Shown piece after piece: positions 14,326 to 25,745 of a stretch of 64,000 bases of DNA. A model generated the notes under the pieces. The model saw nothing but the letters and a program-made list of their open reading frames with translations, was not told the origin of the DNA and made no database searches. The stretch's first letter is position 1. The number at the start of each line of letters is the position of its first letter. The translations under genes were made by a program, and so were the position numbers. This DNA comes from Eledone cirrhosa (lineage: Eukaryota): assembly GCA_964016885.1 (NCBI GenBank), contig OZ024743.1, positions 260,462,001 through 260,526,000 of the forward strand, read 5' to 3'.

Positions 14326-15892
14326 ATATTAAAATACAAATATTAATAAAATAGATGTTCGTGTGATCAATTAAATTTTATTATACATATTTCAGAGGTA
14401 CAACAGTACGTCCTCATCAGATAAAATAAAATGATACATGACATACCCTGAGATGTTAAATGGTTAAGATTTAATCAAGGTAGTGATTAACTTATGAGAA
14501 AACTCAACATTTATACCCTAATAATGAGAACATGCTTAAACGTAATAGAATCAATAGAGAAAAACTTTGCTTTAATGTAACAGTTATAGAGTTTTTAAAA
14601 TCTGGGATACTACAAATTAGGATTATAGAGGAAGACGTCTCTGGAGTTATAATTTTATTACAGTTTAGAGAGGGAGAGATAAAGGGGAGTAATTTATGCC
14701 AAAACTTTTTCACATATAGACTTAGCGGTTAAATTTCAAAATATTTAATATTTAATTTATGTTATTTTAGGGTGAAGAATCAAAATTTTAGGATTTAAAA
14801 GTTGATGGTTATTTATATTAATTTTATAAATTTTATAAAATTTTTTAAATGTGTTACATTTCTAAAATTCTGAGTTTTATGAAAACAAATTTAAAGGATG
14901 TACTAGGCCCGCGAACGAAAATATATGTAATCTTTGACAAAATTACTTATAACAGTGTCAACATTTTCGGTATGTATAATTTATGAAGTACTTACTGTTA
15001 CAAATATCAAGGAATTTATTGTCAAGTAGATACATTGTCTAAAGTATAATAATTAACGCAGAGTTTTCAGCTATATATATATATATATATGTGTGTGTGC
15101 TTTTATCGTAATAAATTAATATTTATTATATTATATTAAATCACTATATTAGTTCTACCTTCAAGGGAAGAATGAACTCTAAATAATGATTATCTTATTG
15201 TACAATATATATATATTTGCACAAACTATATATAGCGTTATACCTAAACAATAATTATGATTAAGTTATTATACATTATAAATATAGATGCAAAAAAACT
15301 AAATGCAGAGATATACCTAACTATTAATATGATTCTGTTATTATACAAAATAAACATATTTGCAAAAATTACGTATAGAGAGATATACTAAGTATTAATG
15401 AGACAGTATGCTTTTAGTAAATGATAACGATTATAATCTTAGATAATAGATTCAAACATTCATAAGTTGAATACATATATATATATATAAATAGTGTAAA
15501 CGCATGAATGATCAACAGTTCAAAATAAGTTGTTATATATATAGTTCCTTTAAAATCAAGTTGTTATATATAGACGTCTTCTTCTATAATCCTAATTTGT
15601 AGTATCCCAGATTTTAAAAACTCTATAACTGTTACATTAAAGCAATGTTTTTCTTACTCATACCTTCTCTATTGATTGTATTACGTTTTCGCATGTTCTC
15701 ATTATTAGGGTATAAATGTTGAGTTTTCTCATAAGTTAATCACTACCTTGATTAAATCTTAACCATTTAACATCTCAGGGTATGTCATGTATCATTTTAT
15801 TTTATCTGATGAGGACGTACTGTTGTACCTCTGAAATATGTATAATAACATTTAATTGATCACAAGAACATCTATTTTATTAATATTTGTAT

Positions 15893-15900
<8 letters not shown>
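14326..15900. mobile_element. Non-coding PLE-like element with ~315-bp inverted arms, each carrying a hammerhead
   Basis: 14326-14640 is the reverse complement of 15572-15900; hammerheads at 14376-14426 (-) and 15800-15850 (+); right arm ends in (TA)n. Confidence 0.75.
15800..15850 (+). ncRNA. Type I hammerhead ribozyme with minimal stem III
   Basis: TTTTAT-CTGATGA-GGACGTAC-TGTT-GTACCTCT-GAAA-TATGT-ATA|ATAA; the mirror copy at 14376-14426 has a perfect stem I TTTTAT/ATAAAA. Confidence 0.7.
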
Positions 15901-15928
<28 letters not shown>

Positions 15929-16151
15929 GCCCACTGTAGTATTTCAGGAGCCAGTGCTTTGCTTTCAAAATATCTAAGAGAAAGAATCATTTTTTTTCAA
16001 TAAATAAAACAATTAAGCAAAGCCCAGGGAATTAATAGAAGCCAAAATATATGATAGTGCGAGTAGCTGGAATCGGTGGTTGTACATTCTACTAAAGCTT
16101 AGTGTATTCATACATGCATGCAAACATACATATATAGACAAACACACACAA

Positions 16152-16237
<86 letters not shown>

Positions 16238-16918
16238 AAACACATGAGAGAGAGTGTGTGTTTATCAAGTTGCAGGGAATACCACTAACGTATGGAGCTT
16301 ACAAGCTAAGAAACTTCAGTTTGATATATATATATAACTAATTAATTTAATTAGACAATTCTGTTGATTGGTTAATTATTTGTGTTTGTTTAATAACATC
16401 TGGTTGAGAGCTTTTATTCTGAATGTTAGCGGAAATTATAATATTTCCTTTGTTTATCACGTTGAATCTACCCGCCAAAAACCGGGGGTTGCTTCCCTTG
16501 TTGGAAATAACACGTGATAACTAAATGTACATTTGGCTTGCTTATAGCAGCAGCATTTAGCGTCCACTCCGATTTTTGACAGAACGGAATCCCTGTTGAT
16601 GAAATTAATCCTCTGTTCGATCATGGAATACCACGAGCGTGCCTGATACGTAAGTCGGATATTTGATTTCGGATTCACAGAAACACTTTAAACGTATATC
16701 GTTTAATTTGTCCAGGTGTATCTTTTTTAACCTGTTAGTTTTTTCGTTACTTTGGTATTGTGTGTTAGGTTTTGCCTACCACAATGTTCAATTTGTCAAG
16801 CTATTTAAACGTATGTTATTACTCTAAGGACCTATTTGAGTGTTTTGCTAACTCATTCATATTGTAGGTCGACTTTGCTTCCCCACAAACAAAGCTTCGA
16901 TTTTACTAAGCTTCCACT

Positions 16919-16954
<36 letters not shown>

Positions 16955-18433
16955 ATAACAAATTATTGTTATAGGTAATCCAGTTAGAGTTTGTGAGTAC
17001 TATGTAATATGGATAGTTTCAAAGTACGACGTTGTTTGACTCAACAAGAGGTTTCAAAGTTAGGCGGCGAGTTCGCGAGAATTCCTATGCAGGATAATCT
17101 TGGAGTAATAATAGTGAAAAATTGAAGAATAACATGGTCAGCTGTACAAAAAAGGTTTTATTTACAGTATTAACAATTGTTTTATTGATTAGGTATGTCT
17201 AAAAGCCGCTAATCACTCGGAGTTGTGTCACTCGACCTTAAATACAGTATTTTTCACTATATATATACGTATATAATGCCAATTAGATCCCTAGGTATTT
17301 TTGTACAAGTTGTAAACAGCAGAAATGAAACATTCATTGCAGGTTAAAATTTCGTCTAGATAGATCAGAAGCAAAACGAGGGTGTAGTTTATGGAACACC
17401 CAAATGATTTAGAAATCGACTTTAAATGACGTTAAGAAAGACATGAACGACACCACATCATTTTGCATTGAACATTTTGAAAGAAGGTTTATAAGTATGA
17501 ATTTACAGTAGACTTTTGTAGCAGTCTTAGTGGACTAACGTTAGGTACGAAACAGTGGAGATCCTGGTCGAGAGGTGCATATAATCGTTTTCAGTTTTTA
17601 TTTTACGTCCCATAGAAAAAAAACTGAAAATATTTACCGGTAACCTACACGCGACCAGGATCGGACGTCAGACCAAGATCACCACCGTCTATGATTCCTC
17701 CAACTAGGCCGCCTAGACAGCCACGAGCGTAAAATGAAAATTAATAGTTATAAACCTACTAGAATAATTATAAACCTACTTTCAAAATCAAAGTTAAAAA
17801 GATGTGGTGTCTTTCATGGCTTTCCAAGTACTATTAGTCATATTTAGGGTCGACTTGTCATTCTTCTGGCTCTTTGGTAACAACCTCATTATTCCTATGT
17901 GTGTTTAACTGTTGAATTGATTTAATTTGATTATTTGAACAAACAAATAATATATATATATACAGTGGCGGACTGGCCAGGTTTCCTGGTTGCCCAATGG
18001 CTAGAGGTCCCAGGGAGCCCACGGTAGCATTTCAGTGACCCGCAGTAGCATTGCAGGGCCCACTGTAGTATGTTAGGGGCCAATGCTTATCTTTCGAAAA
18101 ATACCTGAAGTCTAAGAGAAAGAATTCTTTTTTTTTATAAATAAAACAATTAAGCAAAGCATTTGATCAACTAATTGCCCAAGGAATTAATAGAAACCAA
18201 AATATAGGATAGTGCAAGTAGCTGGAATCGGTGGTTATATATTCTACTAAATCTAAAGCTTCGTGTATTCATTCATACATACATAGACAAACACACGCAA
18301 GCATATAGATATATACATATATATAAATATATAATATAGAGAGAAGAAAACACATGAGAGAGAGTGTGTGTTTATCAAGTGACAGGAAATACCACTAACG
18401 TATGGAACTTATAAACTAAGAAACTTCAGTTTG

Positions 18434-18496
<63 letters not shown>

Positions 18497-18503
<7 letters not shown>

Positions 18504-18801
18504 CGTAAAATAAGAAAATTATAAAATTAACTTACTTACTAAAATTTCACTCCCAACTAATTAGTTTCTGAAATGGAATAAATATACTTTCCGAAGAAGA
18601 TATAGAGAAGCATTTCGTCGTCAGGGAAGGCTATTCTCAGCTAAGTATCCAGGCAAAGCGACGACTCTGGAAACTGACGACGAAATGCTTCTCTATATCT
18701 TCTTCGGAAAGTATATTTATTCCATTTCAGAAACTAATTAGTTGGGAGTGAAATTTTAGTAAGTAAGTTAATTTTATAATTTTCTTATTTTACGTCTCTC
18801 A
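18497..18801. repeat. Fold-back with 128-bp arms and a 49-bp spacer, next to (TA)n
   Basis: 18497-18624 is the reverse complement of 18674-18801. Confidence 0.9.
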
Positions 18802-18915
18802 TATTATGGTTCTGCAACCCCATGCATTGAACCACAAAGTTACTAAGACAAAACCTATATATTTGCTGGCATTGATATGCATCTGTATGTATATATATGT
18901 TACTAGATATTAATT

Positions 18916-18967
<52 letters not shown>

Positions 18968-19094
18968 GGAAAAGAATGAAACAAAATTTCATTTCTCACT
19001 CTTAGTACGGCTGATACCTAAATATAAGTATTTATACGTACATACATATATGTGTACAGACGTACACTAGTATGTATATATATATACATACATG

Positions 19095-19170
<76 letters not shown>

Positions 19171-19173
<3 letters not shown>

Positions 19174-20371
19174 AATTAAGTTAAAAATGTACATCCACAT
19201 ATGTATACTGAAATACTAGTATGCATATGAATACACACACGTATACATATGTAGATGTACCGAGTTTTTCACTGGTCACTTTACTGTGAGTGTCCAGCTA
19301 TTCTGTATGTAAACACACAGACAAACCGGTTTTTAGAGTCATACTGGTTTTTGAGGAAACACCTTTCCTCTATTCTCCAGAAAGCCAGGCAAGGAATATT
19401 GAACTAGTTTCGATGTTGTTACATCTCATCAGCAATATTTACCTATCTTCCGGCCTCTCTAGAGAATCGTGAAAGCACATATCGTTATATGCTTTTTCTA
19501 TGAAAATTAGTAGTGGGCAGACTAATTTGCATAGAGCGTGAGTACGTACCGGTTCAACGGAGACGATAAAAACAAATAACGAAACGAAATTAAATTTCGT
19601 TTCATTTGTAACTCACTTTTGTATGACTGACGCTTAAACAATTAAGTTAAAAATGTACATCCACATATGTATACTGAAATACTAGTATGCATATGAATAC
19701 ACACACGTATACATATGTAGATGTACCGAGTTTTTCACTGGTCACTTTACTGTGAGTGTCCAGCTATTCTGTATGTAAACACACAGACAAACCGGTTTTT
19801 AGAGTCATACTGGTTTTTGAGGAAACACCTTTCCTCTATTCTCCAGAAAGCCAGGCAAGGAATATTGAACTAGTTTCGATGTTGTTACATCTCATCAGCA
19901 ATATTTACCTATCTTCCGGCCTCTCTAGAGAATCGTGAAAGCACATATCGTTATATGCTTTTTCTATGAAAATTAGTAGTGGGCAGACTAATTTGCATAG
20001 AGCGTGAGTACGTACCGGTTCAACGGAGACGATAAAAACAAATAACGAAACGAAATTAAATTTCGTTTCATTTGTAACTCACTTTTGTATGACTGACGCT
20101 TAAACAATTAAGTTAAAAATGTACATCCACATATGTATACTGAAATACTAGTATGCATATGAATTCACACACGTATACATATGTAGATGTACCGAGTTTT
20201 TCACTGGTCACTTTACTGTGAGTGTCCAGCTATTCTGTATGTAAACACACAGACAAACCGGTTTTTAGAGTCATACTGGTTTTTGAGGAAACACCTTTCC
20301 TCTATTCTCCAGAAAGCCAGGCAAGGAATATTGAACTAGTTTCGATGTTGTTACATCTCATCAGCAATATT
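19171..20371 (-). mobile_element. 466-bp hammerhead repeat (family A), inverted block of ~2.6 units
   Basis: Period 466 (track ORFs at 19290, 19756); hammerheads on the minus strand at 19395-19439, 19861-19905 and 20327-20371; left end abuts (TA)n. Confidence 0.9.
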
Positions 20372-20487
20372 AACTTAATTGTTTAAGCGTCAGTCATACA
20401 AAAGTGAGTTACAAATGAAACGAAATTTAATTTCGTTTCGTTATTTGTTTTTATCGTCTCCGTTGAACCGGTACGTACTCACGCTCT

Positions 20488-20495
20488 ATGCAAAT
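20488..20495 (+). promoter_or_regulatory. Octamer motif ATGCAAAT, once per complete 466-bp unit
   Basis: Exact octamer ~125 nt upstream of the predicted cleavage site; also present in family B (34502-34509; 24848-24855 inverted). Function is inferred. Confidence 0.4.
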
Positions 20496-20580
20496 TAGTC
20501 TGCCCACTACTAATTTTCATAGAAAAAGCATATAACGATATGCGCTTTCACGATTCTCTAGAGAGGCCGGAAGATAGGTA

Positions 20581-20625
20581 AATATTGCTGATGAGATGTA
20601 ACAACATCGAAACTAGTTCAATATT
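20581..20625 (+). ncRNA. Type I hammerhead ribozyme, family A (also 21047, 21513, 21979, 22445, 22911)
   Basis: AATATTG-CTGATGA-GATG-TAACAA-CATC-GAAA-CTAG-TT|CAATATT: intact core, 7-bp stem I, 4-bp stem II, palindromic ACTAGT stem III, GUU triplet. Confidence 0.88.
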
Positions 20626-23243
20626 CCTTGCCTGGCTTTCTGGAGAATAGAGGAAAGGTGTTTCCTCAAAAACCAGTATGACTCTAAAAACCGGTTTGTC
20701 TGTGTGTTTACATACAGAATAGCTGGACACTCACAGTAAAGTGACCAGTGAAAAACTCGGTACATCTACATATGTATACGTGTGTTTATTCATATGCATA
20801 CTAGTATTTCAGTATACATATGTGGATGTACATTTTTAACTTAATTGTTTAAGCGTCAGTCATACAAAAGTGAGTTACAAATGAAACGAAATTTAATTTC
20901 GTTTCGTTATTTGTTTTTATCGTCTCCGTTGAACCGGTACGTACTCACGCTCTATGCAAATTAGTCTGCCCACTACTAATTTTCATAGAAAAAGCATATA
21001 ACGATATGTGCTTTCACGATTCTCTAGAGAGGCCGGAAGATAGGTAAATATTGCTGATGAGATGTAACAACATCGAAACTAGTTCAATATTCCTTGCCTG
21101 GCTTTCTGGAGAATAGAGGAAAGGTGTTTCCTCAAAAACCAGTATGACTCTAAAAACCGGTTTGTCTGTGTGTTTACATACAGAATAGCTGGACACTCAC
21201 AGTAAAGTGACCAGTGAAAAACTCGGTACATCTACATATGTATACGTGTGTGTATTCATATGCATACTAGTATTTCAGTATACATATGTGGATGTACATT
21301 TTTAACTTAATTGTTTAAGCGTCAGTCATACAAAAGTGAGTTACAAATGAAACGAAATTTAATTTCGTTTCGTTATTTGTTTTTATCGTCTCCGTTGAAC
21401 CGGTACGTACTCACGCTCTATGCAAATTAGTCTGCCCACTACTAATTTTCATAGAAAAAGCATATAACGATATGTGCTTTCACGATTCTCTAGAGAGGCC
21501 GGAAGATAGGTAAATATTGCTGATGAGATGTAACAACATCGAAACTAGTTCAATATTCCTTGCCTGGCTTTCTGGAGAATAGAGGAAAGGTGTTTCCTCA
21601 AAAACCAGTATGACTCTAAAAACCGGTTTGTCTGTGTGTTTACATACAGAATAGCTGGACACTCACAGTAAAGTGACCAGTGAAAAACTCGGTACATCTA
21701 CATATGTATACGTGTGTGTATTCATATGCATACTAGTATTTCAGTATACATATGTGGATGTACATTTTTAACTTAATTGTTTAAGCGTCAGTCATACAAA
21801 AGTGAGTTACAAATGAAACGAAATTTAATTTCGTTTCGTTATTTGTTTTTATCGTCTCCGTTGAACCGGTACGTACTCACGCTCTATGCAAATTAGTCTG
21901 CCCACTACTAATTTTCATAGAAAAAGCATATAACGATATGTGCTTTCACGATTCTCTAGAGAGGCCGGAAGATAGGTAAATATTGCTGATGAGATGTAAC
22001 AACATCGAAACTAGTTCAATATTCCTTGCCTGGCTTTCTGGAGAATAGAGGAAAGGTGTTTCCTCAAAAACCAGTATGACTCTAAAAACCGGTTTGTCTG
22101 TGTGTTTACATACAGAATAGCTGGACACTCACAGTAAAGTGACCAGTGAAAAACTCGGTACATCTACATATGTATACGTGTGTTTATTCATATGCATACT
22201 AGTATTTCAGTATACATATGTGGATGTACATTTTTAACTTAATTGTTTAAGCGTCAGTCATACAAAAGTGAGTTACAAATGAAACGAAATTTAATTTCGT
22301 TTCGTTATTTGTTTTTATCGTCTCCGTTGAACCGGTACGTACTCACGCTCTATGCAAATTAGTCTGCCCACTACTAATTTTCATAGAAAAAGCATATAAC
22401 GATATGTGCTTTCACGATTCTCTAGAGAGGCCGGAAGATAGGTAAATATTGCTGATGAGATGTAACAACATCGAAACTAGTTCAATATTCCTTGCCTGGC
22501 TTTCTGGAGAATAGAGGAAAGGTGTTTCCTCAAAAACCAGTATGACTCTAAAAACCGGTTTGTCTGTGTGTTTACATACAGAATAGCTGGACACTCACAG
22601 TAAAGTGACCAGTGAAAAACTCGGTACATCTACATATGTATACGTGTGTGTATTCATATGCATACTAGTATTTCAGTATACATATGTGGATGTACATTTT
22701 TAACTTAATTGTTTAAGCGTCAGTCATACAAAAGTGAGTTACAAATGAAACGAAATTTAATTTCGTTTCGTTATTTGTTTTTATCGTCTCCGTTGAACCG
22801 GTACGTACTCACGCTCTATGCAAATTAGTCTGCCCACTACTAATTTTCATAGAAAAAGCATATAACGATATGTGCTTTCACGATTCTCTAGAGAGGCCGG
22901 AAGATAGGTAAATATTGCTGATGAGATGTAACAACATCGAAACTAGTTCAATATTCCTTGCCTGGCTTTCTGGAGAATAGAGGAAAGGTGTTTCCTCAAA
23001 AACCAGTATGACTCTAAAAACCGGTTTGTCTGTGTGTTTACATACAGAATAGCTGGACACTCACAGTAAAGTGACCAGTGAAAAACTCGGTACATCTACA
23101 TATGTATACGTGTGTGTATTCATATGCATACTAGTATTTCAGTATACATATGTGGATGTACATTTTTAACTTAATTGTTTAAGCGTCAGTCATACAAAAG
23201 TGAGTTACAAATGAAACGAAATTTAATTTCGTTTCGTTATTTG

Positions 23244-23291
<48 letters not shown>

Positions 23292-24345
23292 GTCAACTAC
23301 ATACCCAGGGATTTCTGTACAATTTGAAAACAACAGAAACGAAACATTCATTGCGGGTTAAAATTTCGTCTAGATAGATCAGAAGCAAAACGAGGGTGTA
23401 GTTTATGGAACACCCAAATGATTTAGAAATCGACTTTAACTAACATTAAGAAAGACATGAACGCCACCACATCATTTTGCATTGAAACTTTTGAAAGTAG
23501 GTTTATAAGTATGAATTTTCAGTAGATTTTTGTAGCAGTCTTAGTGGATTAACGTTAGGTACGAAACAGTGGAGATCCTGGTCTTGGGTTCAATCCTGGT
23601 CGAGAGGTGCATGTAATCGTTTTCAGTTTTTATTTTATATCCCATAGAAAAAAAACTGAAAATATTTACCGGTAACCCTACACGTGACCAGGATCGAATG
23701 TCAGACCAGGATCACCACCGTCTATGATTCCTCCAACAATGCCGCCTAGACAGCTACGAACGTAGGATGAAAATTAACAATTATAAACCTACTTTAATAA
23801 TTATAAACCTACTTTCAAAATCAAAGTTAAAAAGATGTGGTGTCTTTCATGGCTTTCCAAGTGCTATTAGTTATATTTAGGGTCGACTTGTCATTCTTCT
23901 GGCTCTTTGGTAACAACCTCATTCTTCCTATGTCTGTTTAACTGTTGAATTGATTTAATTTGATTATTTGAACAAACAAATAATATATAAATACAGTGGA
24001 TGACTGGCCAGGTTGCCAAGTTACCCAATGGCTGGTGGTCCACAAGGGGCCCACGGTAGCATTGCAGTGGCCCGTAGTAGCATTGCAGAGCCCACTGTTT
24101 TATTTTAAGGGTCAATGCTTTGCTTTCAAAAAATACCTGAAGTCTAAGAGAAAGAATCATTTTTTTAAAATAAATAAAACAATTAAGCAAAGCATTTGAT
24201 CAACTAATTGCCCAGGGAATTAATAGAAACCAAAATATAGGATAGTGCAAGTAGCTGGAATCGGTGGTTGTACATTCTACTAAATCTAAAGCTGGGTGTA
24301 TTCATTAATTCATGCAAACATACATATATAGACAAACATACACAA

Positions 24346-24409
<64 letters not shown>

Positions 24410-24778
24410 GAGAAAAAAACACATGACTGAGAGTGTGTGTTTATCAAATATATATATATTTATATATATATATATGGGATAACAAGTTATCGTTTTAGGT
24501 AATCCAGTTAGAGTTTGTGAGTACTCTGTACTATGGATAGTTTCAACGTACGACGTTGTTTGACTCAACAAGAGGTTTCACAGTTAGGCAGCGAGTTCGC
24601 GACAATTCCTATGCAGGATAATCTTGGAATAATAATAGTGAAAAATTGAAGAATAACATGGTCAGCTGTACAAAAAGGGTTTTATTAACAGTATTAACAA
24701 TTGTTTAATTGATTAGGTATGTCTAAAGGCAGCTAACCACTCGAAGTTGGGTCAAAAACACTATTTATACCTATACTA

Positions 24779-25708
24779 TATATACCTTCCCGCCAGATTG
24801 TTGAACGTATATACTTACCTTATACATATTAACGGCTGAGTAGCCCAATTTGCATATCGAATGGGTTAATCGGCCGGGTGCACCGAAAACGATAAACAGA
24901 AAAAATGAAACGAAATTTGTAACTCAGCCGTTAATATGCATAAGGTAAGTATATACGTTCAACAATCTGGCAGGAAGGTATACGTTACTGACGATAGCTA
25001 ATAAGCTTGAAACTAGTACAGCGTTCCTTTGTCAGTGTTGAACAAACGAGCAACGATGGTTGCTAGCACTACGGTTTAATACGGGATGTTTGTTTACAAA
25101 AACACCGAGCATTATAATAAATGTTCGGTGAATCCATACGTACATATATATATGTGTGCATGTATTTATATATATATACATACTACTGTACGTCTGTATA
25201 CATATATGTATGTACGTGTACATACTTATATTTAAGTAACAGCCGTACTAAGAGTGGGAAATGAAATTTCGTTTCAGTTTTTCCGTTTATCGTTTTCGAT
25301 GCACCCGTCCGATTAACCCACTCGATGTGCAAATTGGGCTACTCAGCCGTTAATATGCATAAAGCAAGTATATACGTTCAACAATCTGGCAGGAAGGTAT
25401 ACGTTGCTGACGATAGCTAATAAGCTTGAAACTAGTACAGCGTTCCTTTGTCAGTGTTGAACAAACGAGCAACGATGGTTGCTAGACACTACGGCTTAAT
25501 ACGGGATGTTTGTTTACAAACACACCGAGCATTATAATAAATGTTCAGTGAATCCATACGTACATATATATATATATGTGTGCATGTATGTATATATATA
25601 TACATACTACTGTACGTCTGTATACATATATGTATGTACGTGTACATACTTACATTTAAGTAACAGCCGTACTAAGAGTGGGAAATGAAATTTCGTTTCA
25701 TTTTTTCC

Positions 25709-25712
<4 letters not shown>
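24779..25712 (+). mobile_element. ~420-bp hammerhead repeat (family B): ~1.9 direct units preceded by a short inverted segment (24779-24917)
   Basis: Hammerheads at 24982-25024 and 25401-25443 (419 bp apart); right end at (TA)n; further inverted fragment at ~18965-19098. Confidence 0.85.
25401..25443 (+). ncRNA. Type I hammerhead ribozyme, family B
   Basis: ACGTTG-CTGACGA-TAGCT-AATA-AGCTT-GAAA-CTA-GTA|CAGCGT; GUA triplet and palindromic ACTAGT stem III. Confidence 0.85.

Positions 25713-25745
<33 letters not shown>

Larger units (their letters stand above)
20371..23250 (+). mobile_element. 466-bp hammerhead repeat (family A), direct block of ~6.2 near-identical units; retrozyme-like
   Basis: Period 466 (track ORFs 20548, 21014, 21480, 21946, 22412, 22878); right end runs into (TA)n. 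Confidence 0.92.

Noticed and set aside
19290-23060. Eight identical 60-aa ORFs (MSSYSVCK...) as a gene family
   Set aside because: GTG start, antisense to the ribozyme strand, no recognisable domain; a by-product of the 466-bp repeat.
23532-23607. Functional tRNA gene
   Set aside because: A/B-box-like motifs are present but I could not build a canonical cloverleaf; treated as a tRNA-derived repeat.
24520-24580. Hammerhead-like remnant in block A (minus strand TTGTTGA...GAAACTATCCATAGTA)
   Set aside because: First box deviates at two positions, stem I is out of register and the second copy is worse; at most a fossil.
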